DNA from: Candidatus Thorarchaeota archaeon
GTDB lineage: Archaea > Asgardarchaeota > Thorarchaeia > Thorarchaeales > Thorarchaeaceae
Direction of reading: 5' to 3'
NCBI GenBank assembly: GCA_011364985.1
Contig: RDOC01000001.1
Span: 256,001 to 320,000 of the forward strand
Length of the DNA: 64,000 nucleotides
The position numbers were made by a program, and so were the translations under genes. The notes under the pieces were generated by a model. The model was not told where the DNA came from, did no database searches, and worked only from the letters and a program-made list of their open reading frames with translations. Shown here one piece after another: positions 31,301-39,546 of this stretch; position 1 is the stretch's first letter, and each line of letters starts with the position of its first letter.

Positions 31301-32262
31301 TGACGAATCTCAATTTCACGACTATATCAAGTTGGGATTCCATCCTTGAAGCTCAGCCTTCAGTAATCATAGCATCAGAGGATTCAACTTACGGGAATCT
31401 GACTAGCTTCTTCGCACGCATCAATGAAGACTCAAGAGTGATTCTTCTCGGAAATCTAAATGAAAGCAGTAGCATCCAAGACTATATCGACATCACAAAC
31501 CTCAACTGCTCAACAGTAGCTGATTCCCTTGTTGCATCTGATGAAACATGGAATATTCCTTCTATGCGAGTTGATTGCATATCAATATCAGGCGGACTGG
31601 TGCTTAGTACATATGCTGGAAATCAGAACCTGCCCTTTCATGTAAGATTATTTGTCAACGACACAAGGCAAATAGACTATCTGAATGTGTGGCCTCTTAT
31701 CGAAGCTATAAGGGGAACAGGTAATGAAGACGCTTTGGGAGAAGCACAGCTGGCATTGACCGAATACCTCCAGATTCAGTTGATGCTTCCAAGTTGCTCA
31801 TATATTGAACGAAAATTCTATTTGAAGAACTCAGGATTTGTTAGATATGCTGGTACTCTTGAAATAGAAACAACAGGATTGATTCTGCCGCATATCTTAC
31901 AGAATGAATCCTTAGGAAGCTTAACTAACGCCAGCATTTTGGTGGTTGAAGGGGAAGCGAGATTTGAGCCCGCACAATTTGGCTACTTGATCATCTCTAT
32001 ATCCGGCAGAATTCAGGTTTATGGCAATGCTGGTATTCTGAATGATCTTGAGGTGGAAGAGTGGAGTGCAATTGCTAGGATTGTAAGAATTTCAGCCAAT
32101 GCCTCAGTTCATTTCAGCTCCTTCACATCATCTTTCCCATATGCTTTCGAGATATATTCATCTGAATATGTATTAGAAGGCCTCAGTAATCTGTCGTATT
32201 TGCCTATGTCTCAAGGCGTCCTGCTCATCTATGCAAACGACCCGACAGTATTTGGTTGGTAG
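28336..32262 (+). CDS. large polytopic membrane protein, putative GT-C glycosyltransferase with extracellular domains
   Basis: FMPGYA...ERLVYSILSS, GDEFDH acidic loop motif, YPYLFH; ~630-aa soluble C-terminal region rich in sequons. Confidence 0.65.
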   Translation: MGDWYEAIGYQQRRSEKLARHLLNAIMAAIFPFLIVILLPYAIPFRFGFAVIVSVIAGLTAIIITDTETIIVYSNTIKRSQLMFVMLYTGLILITALSLGTPFEPVVLASRDLTRYLPSFLVTVLLTSFMPGYAIVVSVMEDATDTTERLVYSILSSFLVTGCIGFISWNLSAMALSKPILVATNLLILAVYVIYNIISERPDSISSERSKTKMSIMNAIVLVVLSLFLYLTYFTVHNIFESSLPIVGDEFDHVAYIAKLLSNSVTWQEDKLGILTTPSYPYLFHLFMAVCVTISGIAVADYLLLSALILLPLPMLAFYVMSKTVTGNSKQSIVATVLFQVTSDFGWLIAISSYSGTNDLQTILSVSNDTCSIIFSLWLPIIVAPYLIDLAAFLLIMGLMFNKNADSGKLVTISTILLIISILSHMEKALIIAGLTGILSLIGVITSKRGIRTKEIGAALVLASIVVIVIDLVALRRLFTAYYIATLVVCIVAGELAYLVSDRHFNSKSIQNWLTYNYKPTAIVATLLFVGTAYLEFIFGKTPGAHCSWIPLFLIPLKLGIVGVLAGIWLLKLDFRNARKHGVLLVLVSCVILGEIGLYHAGIPFALIVGSILDEFRYVRDVVWPIFSLAGSVALFVLVERIQRFRAPSFMRKITKGLVPSLVIGLLLASSIPSHLLKIQYNAANSGINQNIEPVVEFMDTLNITDGGTVYAPANLARSVAAVTGAIVYSPSTSVYGPLLSDGSDIYTTLWLLNYLNVQYMILDKPNSIVGIGPVAEMSPILYSDSAYRVCQVLTQSGPTLTSSTALVDDHVVERFGEEIGFGMKPSWQESFSNVSNWVAAPMTFTNVLEYSLTTNEDGEAQLMASGVAGSKTVMLYQMLFDAGLQVEKGTYIGVRFKTSPGAKLLVQILYNDRTMSNARLGSTPYLQSEDWISLTTYLDNVGANVTGLRIGLTNIYNEDVSELNGSIDYLVINREDSNRADAAILLSMTNLNFTTISSWDSILEAQPSVIIASEDSTYGNLTSFFARINEDSRVILLGNLNESSSIQDYIDITNLNCSTVADSLVASDETWNIPSMRVDCISISGGLVLSTYAGNQNLPFHVRLFVNDTRQIDYLNVWPLIEAIRGTGNEDALGEAQLALTEYLQIQLMLPSCSYIERKFYLKNSGFVRYAGTLEIETTGLILPHILQNESLGSLTNASILVVEGEARFEPAQFGYLIISISGRIQVYGNAGILNDLEVEEWSAIARIVRISANASVHFSSFTSSFPYAFEIYSSEYVLEGLSNLSYLPMSQGVLLIYANDPTVFGW

Positions 32263-32547
32263 GATAGATGACCACGAAAAGACAGCGTAATTGTCAATCA
32301 CGAGTTTCAATCTCAAATTGAGTAGTTGCAGGTCTTGACTGTCGCATATGTCACATTTGTTAGAAACGTTGAGTCCTGCAGACATGTGCATGATGTCAGG
32401 AGGATTGCCAAACTAGATAAGGAAGGGACTATTCGCCTTTCATGCGATCTACTTCGGCACAGACTGCCGGACAGAAGCTCCCGATAGATAGCATTCGATA
32501 TATTCTAGAAGAGCGATTAATCTGTGTTGTGAAGAAGAAACTGAAAA

Positions 32548-33693
32548 GTGATTGACTTGAGCATAAGTATCTGCTTCGTATCAGGACTGCTGCCGCCAAT
32601 CTCTGTTGGAGGTGTGGAAAGGTACGTCCTAAATCTTGTAGAGGAACTCCCGAATACAAAGTACAAATCGCTTATCATTAGTCATCATTATCGTGGATTA
32701 GGAAAGCTTGAAAGAAAACACAATTGCCGTATCTATCGAGTTGGCTGGAACCCATTGCCATATAGTCAGGTTCGCATAATCGGTTCTATCTCCAGAGAGC
32801 TTAGCAACTTAACGTCCCTTCTTGACAATGTAAAGAATCATTGGTCATTCGATATTGTTCATTCTCAATTTGGTGAGTTCAGTGATGTTGTGTATGGGAC
32901 AAAGATTTGCAGAGAAAACGAGGCAAAGCATGTGGTTACCATTCATGGGAGATTCGGTACGCAATTCGAAGATATAAGAATGAATTCCAGAAGACTAGAT
33001 GTTCTCAGAAAAGCGGATTACCTAATTACGAATAGGCAGCAAACATTTCAGTACTTGTTGAAAATGGGCTTTGAGAAACTTGCTCTCCTTCGCAATCCTA
33101 TACCTGTTTCGAAATACAAACGCCCAGATCAAGAAACACCCCCAAGAGAAAGGAAGAACATCGAACTCCTTTTCTTGGGTCGCCTAAGTCTACGAAAAGG
33201 ACCATTTTTGGCAATTCAAGGATTTGCCTATGCCGCGAAGAAAGACCCCAATCTGAATCTCTGCATGGTTGGTGGTGGTGTGCTTGAAAAGCAACTAAGA
33301 GCATTTGCTGAGAAGATGGACTTGAAAGATAGGGTCCATTTTACGGGACCTCGGCTTGATATCAGACCATTTCTTTGGAAATCGGATGTGTTCCTTGCGA
33401 CATCTCCGACAGCGAACTCACCGAGCCTTTCACTTCGAGAAGCTATGGCCGCAGGTATACCTGTTATCGCGACTGATGTAGAAGAAACCGGTACTGTTGT
33501 AAGAGATGGGAAAACAGGGCTGCTAGTAAAACCCAATCCAAGGGCTCTAGGAGAGGCTATTCTTAAACTGACTGGAGATGAAAACATGATGAAACGATAT
33601 CGAATGGCTGCGGCCAAACAAGCTGAAATCGAGTTTGATCTCAACGGGTACGTTAGCGCTTTGGACAGAATCTATGATGCAATTATGGAGTAG
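32548..33693 (+). CDS. glycosyltransferase family 4
   Basis: GGVERY, VVTIHG, FLGRLSLRKG, N-x7-E(AMAAGIPVIATDV). Stop overlaps the murA start (TAGTG). Confidence 0.92.
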   Translation: MIDLSISICFVSGLLPPISVGGVERYVLNLVEELPNTKYKSLIISHHYRGLGKLERKHNCRIYRVGWNPLPYSQVRIIGSISRELSNLTSLLDNVKNHWSFDIVHSQFGEFSDVVYGTKICRENEAKHVVTIHGRFGTQFEDIRMNSRRLDVLRKADYLITNRQQTFQYLLKMGFEKLALLRNPIPVSKYKRPDQETPPRERKNIELLFLGRLSLRKGPFLAIQGFAYAAKKDPNLNLCMVGGGVLEKQLRAFAEKMDLKDRVHFTGPRLDIRPFLWKSDVFLATSPTANSPSLSLREAMAAGIPVIATDVEETGTVVRDGKTGLLVKPNPRALGEAILKLTGDENMMKRYRMAAAKQAEIEFDLNGYVSALDRIYDAIME

Positions 33694-34988
33694 TGAAGTT
33701 CCTTATGGTGAAATCTCTGAGAATTAGGGGTAAAGAGCCGCTTGATGGAAACGTAATGATTAGCGGCAGTAAGAATGCTGCAATTCCTTGCATTGCAGCA
33801 GGAATCCTCACCGATGAACCCATAATACTTCATAACGTTCCTGCAATTGAAGACATACATACTCTATGTGAAATTCTTGCAGCCATGAGTGTGAAGGTGT
33901 CATATGATGATGAGAGGACTACTCTGAGGATGCAGTGTATCAACCCTTCTTCCGATATACCTCCTTTGCTTTCCACGAAAATGAGAGGTGCCACTCTTCT
34001 TATGGGAACTCTCCTGGCCCGTTGTGGAGAGGTGATTTTCGAATCCTATGGGGGATGCCCCATTGGGGAAAGACCAATTGACTACCACCTTGATGCATTT
34101 AGGAAACTTGGAGCCAAGATAGATACGAAAGGAAACCAAATCAGAGTATCTGCGAAGAAACTCAAGGGAACACTCATTGAACTCCCATTTCCAAGTGTCG
34201 GTGCTACCGAAAATTCGATACTTGCAGCATGTTGCGCCAAAGGCATGACCACAATAGTCAACATGGCAGTTGAGCCAGAAGTCATGAATCTTATTGAGAT
34301 GCTTGGCAAAATGGGAATGCAGTACACCTTTGATGTGGCCAAATCACGAATTGATATCGAAGGAAAGACAAATCTTCAAGGCATAAGGCATTCGATAATT
34401 CCAGATAGACTTGAGGCGGGAACGTATTCTGTTGCAGCGGCAATCACCAAAAGTAGCATAACGATTCATCCTGTTGTAGAAGCTCACATCAGTCAAGTCA
34501 TTCAGGCGCTAAGGGATGCACGAGGGACTATTGAACTGGAATCCGGAATGACCATGAGAGCAGATTTCTCCGACATATGCTTAAGTCCATTCAAAATCGA
34601 AACCGGACCCTTTCCAGCCTTCCCTACTGACCTGCAACCACAGTTTACATCGCTAAGCACTCAAGCAGAAGGCAGGACTTCAATCATTGAAACGGTCTTT
34701 GAAAATCGATTTGGGCATGTTCCCGAGTTGCAGAAGATGGGAGCCAAGATCCAGATCTCTCAAAGAGAATTAACAATAGATGGACCTGTGAGTCTCAAAG
34801 GTGCACATGTAACGGCAACAGATATCCGGGGAGGAATGGCGCTGATTCTTGCCGCGCTTTGCGCAGAGGGTTCAACTACTGTCAATGGATTTGAAATCAT
34901 TGAAAGGGGTTACGACTCTCTAGAGAGCAAATTGAGCAATCTAGGAGCGAATATTGAGGTGATAGAGGACGAGGAACAACATAAGTGA
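33693..34988 (+). CDS. murA: UDP-N-acetylglucosamine 1-carboxyvinyltransferase
   Basis: SGSKNAA, MRG, GGCPIGERPIDYH, PSVGATEN, EPEV, PDRLEAGT, FPTDLQ, FENRF, TDIRGG, ERGY all present. Confidence 0.95.
   Translation: MKFLMVKSLRIRGKEPLDGNVMISGSKNAAIPCIAAGILTDEPIILHNVPAIEDIHTLCEILAAMSVKVSYDDERTTLRMQCINPSSDIPPLLSTKMRGATLLMGTLLARCGEVIFESYGGCPIGERPIDYHLDAFRKLGAKIDTKGNQIRVSAKKLKGTLIELPFPSVGATENSILAACCAKGMTTIVNMAVEPEVMNLIEMLGKMGMQYTFDVAKSRIDIEGKTNLQGIRHSIIPDRLEAGTYSVAAAITKSSITIHPVVEAHISQVIQALRDARGTIELESGMTMRADFSDICLSPFKIETGPFPAFPTDLQPQFTSLSTQAEGRTSIIETVFENRFGHVPELQKMGAKIQISQRELTIDGPVSLKGAHVTATDIRGGMALILAALCAEGSTTVNGFEIIERGYDSLESKLSNLGANIEVIEDEEQHK
34956..34963 (+). promoter_or_regulatory. archaeal Shine-Dalgarno GAGGTGAT
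   Basis: Lies 5 nt upstream of the in-frame ACG at 34969 of the FrhB-like gene. Confidence 0.5.
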
Positions 34989-36264
34989 AGTAGTCCGAGA
35001 TAATCAATGCGTGGGGTGTGGCGCCTGCGAATTGGCGTGCCCTCATCAGGCCATAGCAATGGCAGTTGAACATAATCGAGGTGTTTACAACGCGATCGTG
35101 GATGAAACAAAATGCGTTTATTGCGGAGCTTGCATCGACGTTTGCTTTGGTGCAGCAATAGAACATCACGAACCAAAGGAATCTTTGCAGCGTCTTATTC
35201 AAAAAGGAAGAGGAATGGAAGTAGCCCGCTATGGATATGCCACAGATTCAAATCTCAGGTTTCGGGCATCATCGGGAGGGGCAGTTACAGCTCTGCTGAC
35301 TCACCTGCTCGATGAGGGGCATATTGACGCTGCAATTGTCGTGAAACTTGCGAGCACTGATCCAGCTCTTGGAGTTTCATTGATTGCCGAGTCCAAAGAA
35401 GCCATTCAAGAAGCAATGGGGTCGAAGTATTGTCCTGTGAGGATCAGCACTGCCCTAAAGCAGATGAAAACGGGAGCCAAGTATGCATTTGTTGGACTGC
35501 CTTGTCAGATATACGCAACTAGGAAACTTCAGGAGAAGGGAAGACTAAATGGCGAAATCAGTATCTATATTGGATTGTTTTGTGGAGGCACGCTTAGCTA
35601 TCATGGAACGAGGTATATTCTCAGACAGAATGATGTTGAATTCAGTAATATACAGGCAATCGGATACAGGGGATTCGGATGGCCTGGACGATTCTATGCA
35701 GAAACGAAAGATGATGTTATTTCTCTCCCATTTGTTACGTATTGGCCAAATATAGCTAGATGGTTCTATCTTGATCGTTGCCTGACATGTCTTAGTGGAC
35801 TGAACCTAAATGCGGATGTCAGTTTTGGGGACTTTTTCTCAAGGGAACATATTTCAACTGATCCTCTTGGCACATCTGTTATGTTAGTCATGTCTGGAAT
35901 TGGAGCTGAAGCTCTATCATCAACTGAGAACGCAGGTCATTTGCATCTCAAATACACAAGCATCAAGAAGGTCATTGAATCACAATCATCCATGTTTCTC
36001 AAGCATAGGAGATACCCAACAAGACTTCTGATATTGAAATTGCTCAGAATGGGAAGACCCTCAAAGGGCCGGTATGAATCAAAACTAGGTTTCAGAATTA
36101 GAGACGCTTTGGATGAGCTTCTTCTTCATTCAGGTCGAGCCCTCGCCTCTAGACCGGGACTATGGCCCTTTTTTGATGTCTTTAAGAGTCTCATGACTGT
36201 GTATAGTCGGATTGTGATGATTATTGGCAAGATTATTGTGCGAAATTCAAGTCTGAATCTCTAG
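34969..36264 (+). CDS. FrhB/FdhB-family (F420 hydrogenase/dehydrogenase beta-like) oxidoreductase with N-terminal 2x[4Fe-4S] domain
   Basis: CVGCGACELACP and CVYCGACIDVC, then ASSGGAVTALL, GSKY, VGLPCQ, IGLFC, YRGFGWPG, RCLTC, ADVSFGD. The first Cys lies upstream of the track's GTG 35011, so the start is extended to 34969. Confidence 0.85.
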   Translation, partial: TRNNISEVVRDNQCVGCGACELACPHQAIAMAVEHNRGVYNAIVDETKCVYCGACIDVCFGAAIEHHEPKESLQRLIQKGRGMEVARYGYATDSNLRFRASSGGAVTALLTHLLDEGHIDAAIVVKLASTDPALGVSLIAESKEAIQEAMGSKYCPVRISTALKQMKTGAKYAFVGLPCQIYATRKLQEKGRLNGEISIYIGLFCGGTLSYHGTRYILRQNDVEFSNIQAIGYRGFGWPGRFYAETKDDVISLPFVTYWPNIARWFYLDRCLTCLSGLNLNADVSFGDFFSREHISTDPLGTSVMLVMSGIGAEALSSTENAGHLHLKYTSIKKVIESQSSMFLKHRRYPTRLLILKLLRMGRPSKGRYESKLGFRIRDALDELLLHSGRALASRPGLWPFFDVFKSLMTVYSRIVMIIGKIIVRNSSLNL

Positions 36265-36317
36265 GTAGTCTTGAATAAGGATAGTTCCCTATGCCTTAGG
36301 AAATACAGGAAAGCGTT

Positions 36318-37856
36318 TTGCATGTAGAAAATACCGCCGAGGTGCAAGGTAGCTTGGATTTGTCCAACGTAATCAAGAGTGCTGTTTTCATATATATAGG
36401 AGGATTGGTCACGAATATTCTGGGTTTCGTATTCTGGCTAGTTGCATCTAGTTACGTACCCCCAGATGTTGTTGGATCGGCTTCGGCCATCATAGCCCTT
36501 CAGGCACTTCTCATGACCATAATGACCATAGGTCTTCCTACAGGATTGCGTCGCTTCGTTGGAAAAGGCGGCAGTGAAGAAAGATATGATTTGATTTCTG
36601 AATACTTCGCAACAAGTATGGGCGTTAACCTCCTTCTCAATCTGCCTGTTTCACTGATTCTGATAGCTGCACCCGCTCTTCACTATAGTGGTTATGGATT
36701 ATCTGCAATAGAACTTGCATTTGTGGGGACTCTTATTCTACTTAGTTTTTGGGCACCAACTCTAGTTTCATTGTTCGATTCATTGTTGAAAACTGAAATC
36801 ACTGCCCTAGCCCAAGTACTCTCTTCGATTGTAAAACTTCTTCTCGGGCTAATGATGCTGATTCTCGGTTATGGATTCTTGGGAGTCATGATGGCATTCA
36901 TAGCGGCATCAATTACAACTGATTCAGTATTGCTATACCACGCGCGGAACATGTTCAGAGAATTTGGATATCAACCTAGGTTTGAATCAGACCGTATAAG
37001 AGAACTAGTGGAATCTGGACTGCCTGCATGGATTCCGAATATGTTGACGATAGCAGGACAATCCGTTGCCGTTCTTGTAATCTATGGATTAGTTGGAGAG
37101 AGCCAAACGGGCCTCTATTACTTAGCTTTCGCCATGGCACAAGTTGTATACACGATACCAACAAGCATTCAGAGTCTAATGTACCCAGTTTTGAGTGGTA
37201 TGAAAAGCGGACGAGAGGATGCCATTCGCCGCACTACACGTGTTTCTCTTATAGCCACAGCGCCCATTGCATTAGCTGTCGCATTGTATTCTGAAATTCC
37301 ATTCTCCGTAATAGGACCAGCATACTCAGATGCAGGTCCTCTTCTGGCAATACTCGTAGTCGGAGCGATGTTCTGGTCAATTTATGTTGGATATTATGGA
37401 TATCTATATGCAATAAAGGAATACAGGCATGTGACTGGATTGGGACTTGTTCTTAATGGAACAAGGCTGGCTTTGTATTTCCTTCTTGCTTCGTTGTTTG
37501 GTGCCATGGGAGTCGCCTTTTCCTTCATCGGGGGAATTCTCGTTGCAATGATCGGCCTTGCGTTTTCCTCAATTAGCATTGGTTACAAACCAGATTGGAA
37601 GAAGTACTTCCTAGCAATTATTATCCCGAGTACTTCCGTCATACTTGTCTGGCATCTCAGTGTAGAATGGATACTGGGAATTCCATTCATTCTTATTTGG
37701 TCATTCATCTTGTATGGAAGACTGAAGATTATGACGAGGACAGACATCTTTGAGGTGTTCTGCGGTTTGTTCACTCCTGAGAAAGCCTTGAGTATAGCAT
37801 TGCGTCTTAGGCCAGTATCAAGAATAGTGTTTGGAAAACAGAACGTAGATGAATGA
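36318..37856 (+). CDS. oligosaccharide flippase (MOP/Wzx family)
   Basis: ~14 TM; GLPTGLRRF, TGLYYLAF, SLMYPVLS, FGAMGVAFS motifs. Confidence 0.85.
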   Translation: MHVENTAEVQGSLDLSNVIKSAVFIYIGGLVTNILGFVFWLVASSYVPPDVVGSASAIIALQALLMTIMTIGLPTGLRRFVGKGGSEERYDLISEYFATSMGVNLLLNLPVSLILIAAPALHYSGYGLSAIELAFVGTLILLSFWAPTLVSLFDSLLKTEITALAQVLSSIVKLLLGLMMLILGYGFLGVMMAFIAASITTDSVLLYHARNMFREFGYQPRFESDRIRELVESGLPAWIPNMLTIAGQSVAVLVIYGLVGESQTGLYYLAFAMAQVVYTIPTSIQSLMYPVLSGMKSGREDAIRRTTRVSLIATAPIALAVALYSEIPFSVIGPAYSDAGPLLAILVVGAMFWSIYVGYYGYLYAIKEYRHVTGLGLVLNGTRLALYFLLASLFGAMGVAFSFIGGILVAMIGLAFSSISIGYKPDWKKYFLAIIIPSTSVILVWHLSVEWILGIPFILIWSFILYGRLKIMTRTDIFEVFCGLFTPEKALSIALRLRPVSRIVFGKQNVDE

Positions 37857-37913
37857 AATTAATCCAAATTGAACGAATTGTGAGTATAGTGCAAATCAGT
37901 CATCCGTTACAAG

Positions 37914-39044
37914 CTAGGGATTCAGGATAACAGATGAAATCACCGATTTCCATTTCCTAGCTGTGGTAGCGAAATCGAAATCTTGGCGTACGAACTTCAT
38001 CGCATGCTCGCTGACAAGTTCCAGTAATTCCGGATCCTTCAGAAGTGAGCATATTTGGTTGGCCAACCCTCTTGGAGCCGTAGATGTTATTATGAAGCCA
38101 GTATGTGCGTCAGCAATGAAATCACTTATACTCCCCACCCGAGAAGCAAGAATAGGAGTGCCACAGGCCATAGCCTCAAGAAGGACATTAGGCAATCCTT
38201 CAGTTTTGGACGGCACAACTAGAAGTTTCAATGAGTTGAGAATTGGGGCAATTTGGATATGTGGCACTCTACCTGTGAACGTCACAAATGAATCAATTCC
38301 ATGATCTAGTACTCGCTGCTTAGCTTCATCAAACAATGGGCCATCTCCAACGACAATGACTCTAATGGGTTTTCCAGAATCCAGAATCAATGAAATAGCA
38401 TCAATCAAAGGGATTACGCCTTTTTCTGAACTCAGGCGTCCGATGAATCCAATCTGGTCAAGCCGTTCAACAATACGACTTGTCCTGAAAAACACGCTGA
38501 AATCAACGAAATGCTCATGAGCTATGAGAACCTTTTTGCTGTGTCTGTTGAAAGGAGATTCTTTCATCATCTGCTTCGAGTAAAGAATGATCTTCATGCT
38601 CAGTCCAAGTACAATGTTCATGACTGCCGCAATGATTCGGGTAAACCGATCATTCTTGGATTGAGCTACTTGAACTGCATTGCCCCCAGGCATAAACGCA
38701 ATTGTATTGCCACTGAGTTTCAATGCAATCATTGGCAATAGCAGAGTTTCACCTCCAATTGTAAACAAAAACATGTCAACATGCTTGGCCAACCTCAATG
38801 CTCTAATTGTGACTCTCATTTGCATTGCCAAGTTGTTTATGATTCTTAGAAGCACATTTGATACGTTTCTGTGTCTAATTGCTGTTGCGTGAAGATTCGG
38901 AAACTGACCTAAATTTCCTATATCAAGTCCAGGAATTAGTACATGTACTGTGTTTGCAATACTAGAGAGAAGTCTAATGATGTTTGCAATTGGAGTAAGT
39001 CCAGGACTTAGTCCGACAACACATATCCGGGGTCTCCCTTTCAT
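37914..39044 (-). CDS. glycosyltransferase family 4
   Basis: FIGRLSSEKG, EGLPNVLLEAMACGTP. Confidence 0.92.
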   Translation of the reverse strand: MKGRPRICVVGLSPGLTPIANIIRLLSSIANTVHVLIPGLDIGNLGQFPNLHATAIRHRNVSNVLLRIINNLAMQMRVTIRALRLAKHVDMFLFTIGGETLLLPMIALKLSGNTIAFMPGGNAVQVAQSKNDRFTRIIAAVMNIVLGLSMKIILYSKQMMKESPFNRHSKKVLIAHEHFVDFSVFFRTSRIVERLDQIGFIGRLSSEKGVIPLIDAISLILDSGKPIRVIVVGDGPLFDEAKQRVLDHGIDSFVTFTGRVPHIQIAPILNSLKLLVVPSKTEGLPNVLLEAMACGTPILASRVGSISDFIADAHTGFIITSTAPRGLANQICSLLKDPELLELVSEHAMKFVRQDFDFATTARKWKSVISSVILNP

Positions 39045-39546
39045 AGGTCTACCTCTTTTCAGAACACCGTCAAAGGTATGTCTGATGCAGTTTCATTTGC
39101 CTTACATATACTTATAGATAGACTTGATTCATTCATTTCTTATTCCTCAGTTTGGGGACCTTCTAGACATTCGGTTCTTGTACTCTGAACGCAGTGAAAC
39201 CAAAACGAATCAAGAATGGCTGTTGTTACCTTTCTCAATTCAAGAAGCAAGTGTGACTAGTAAGCCCTTTTCATGCGATTGTGTAAAGACCAACTTATTT
39301 CAGATTATGCGCCGTCCAGCCAGTCCATCCAAATATTCACCTCAACTATTCCCGAAGTTAGATTCAGTAATTCATTCTTGTGAATTCTTCTTCGGTTATA
39401 GGGAGAAGAAACGGCTGATCTGTGGGAGCGACCATGAGGACGCCGAGATTCAAAAGAAAGTGGTTTTCTATAATTCATCCACACATACTTTAGAAGATAA
39501 TACGATGGCTAAACACAGACTCCATCCCATGTTATATTCATTAACT

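Noticed and set aside
33693-34988. EPSP synthase (AroA) as the identity of the enolpyruvyl transferase
   Set aside because: Motifs are MurA-specific (KNAA, GGCxIGxRP, SVGATEN, PTDxQ, RGY); the AroA motifs KSxSxR and DHR are absent.
34969-36264. FpoF input module for the membrane arm at 6.9-12.9 kb
   Set aside because: The architecture is compatible, but the gene is 22 kb away and overlaps murA inside a glycan operon. Kept only as the alternative hypothesis.
32548-37856. True peptidoglycan synthesis or a bacterial contig
   Set aside because: No murB-G, mraY, ddl or PBP in the window; the surroundings are archaeal (A-ATPase, ApgM, GAGGTGAT RBS). Chimerism cannot be excluded without reads.
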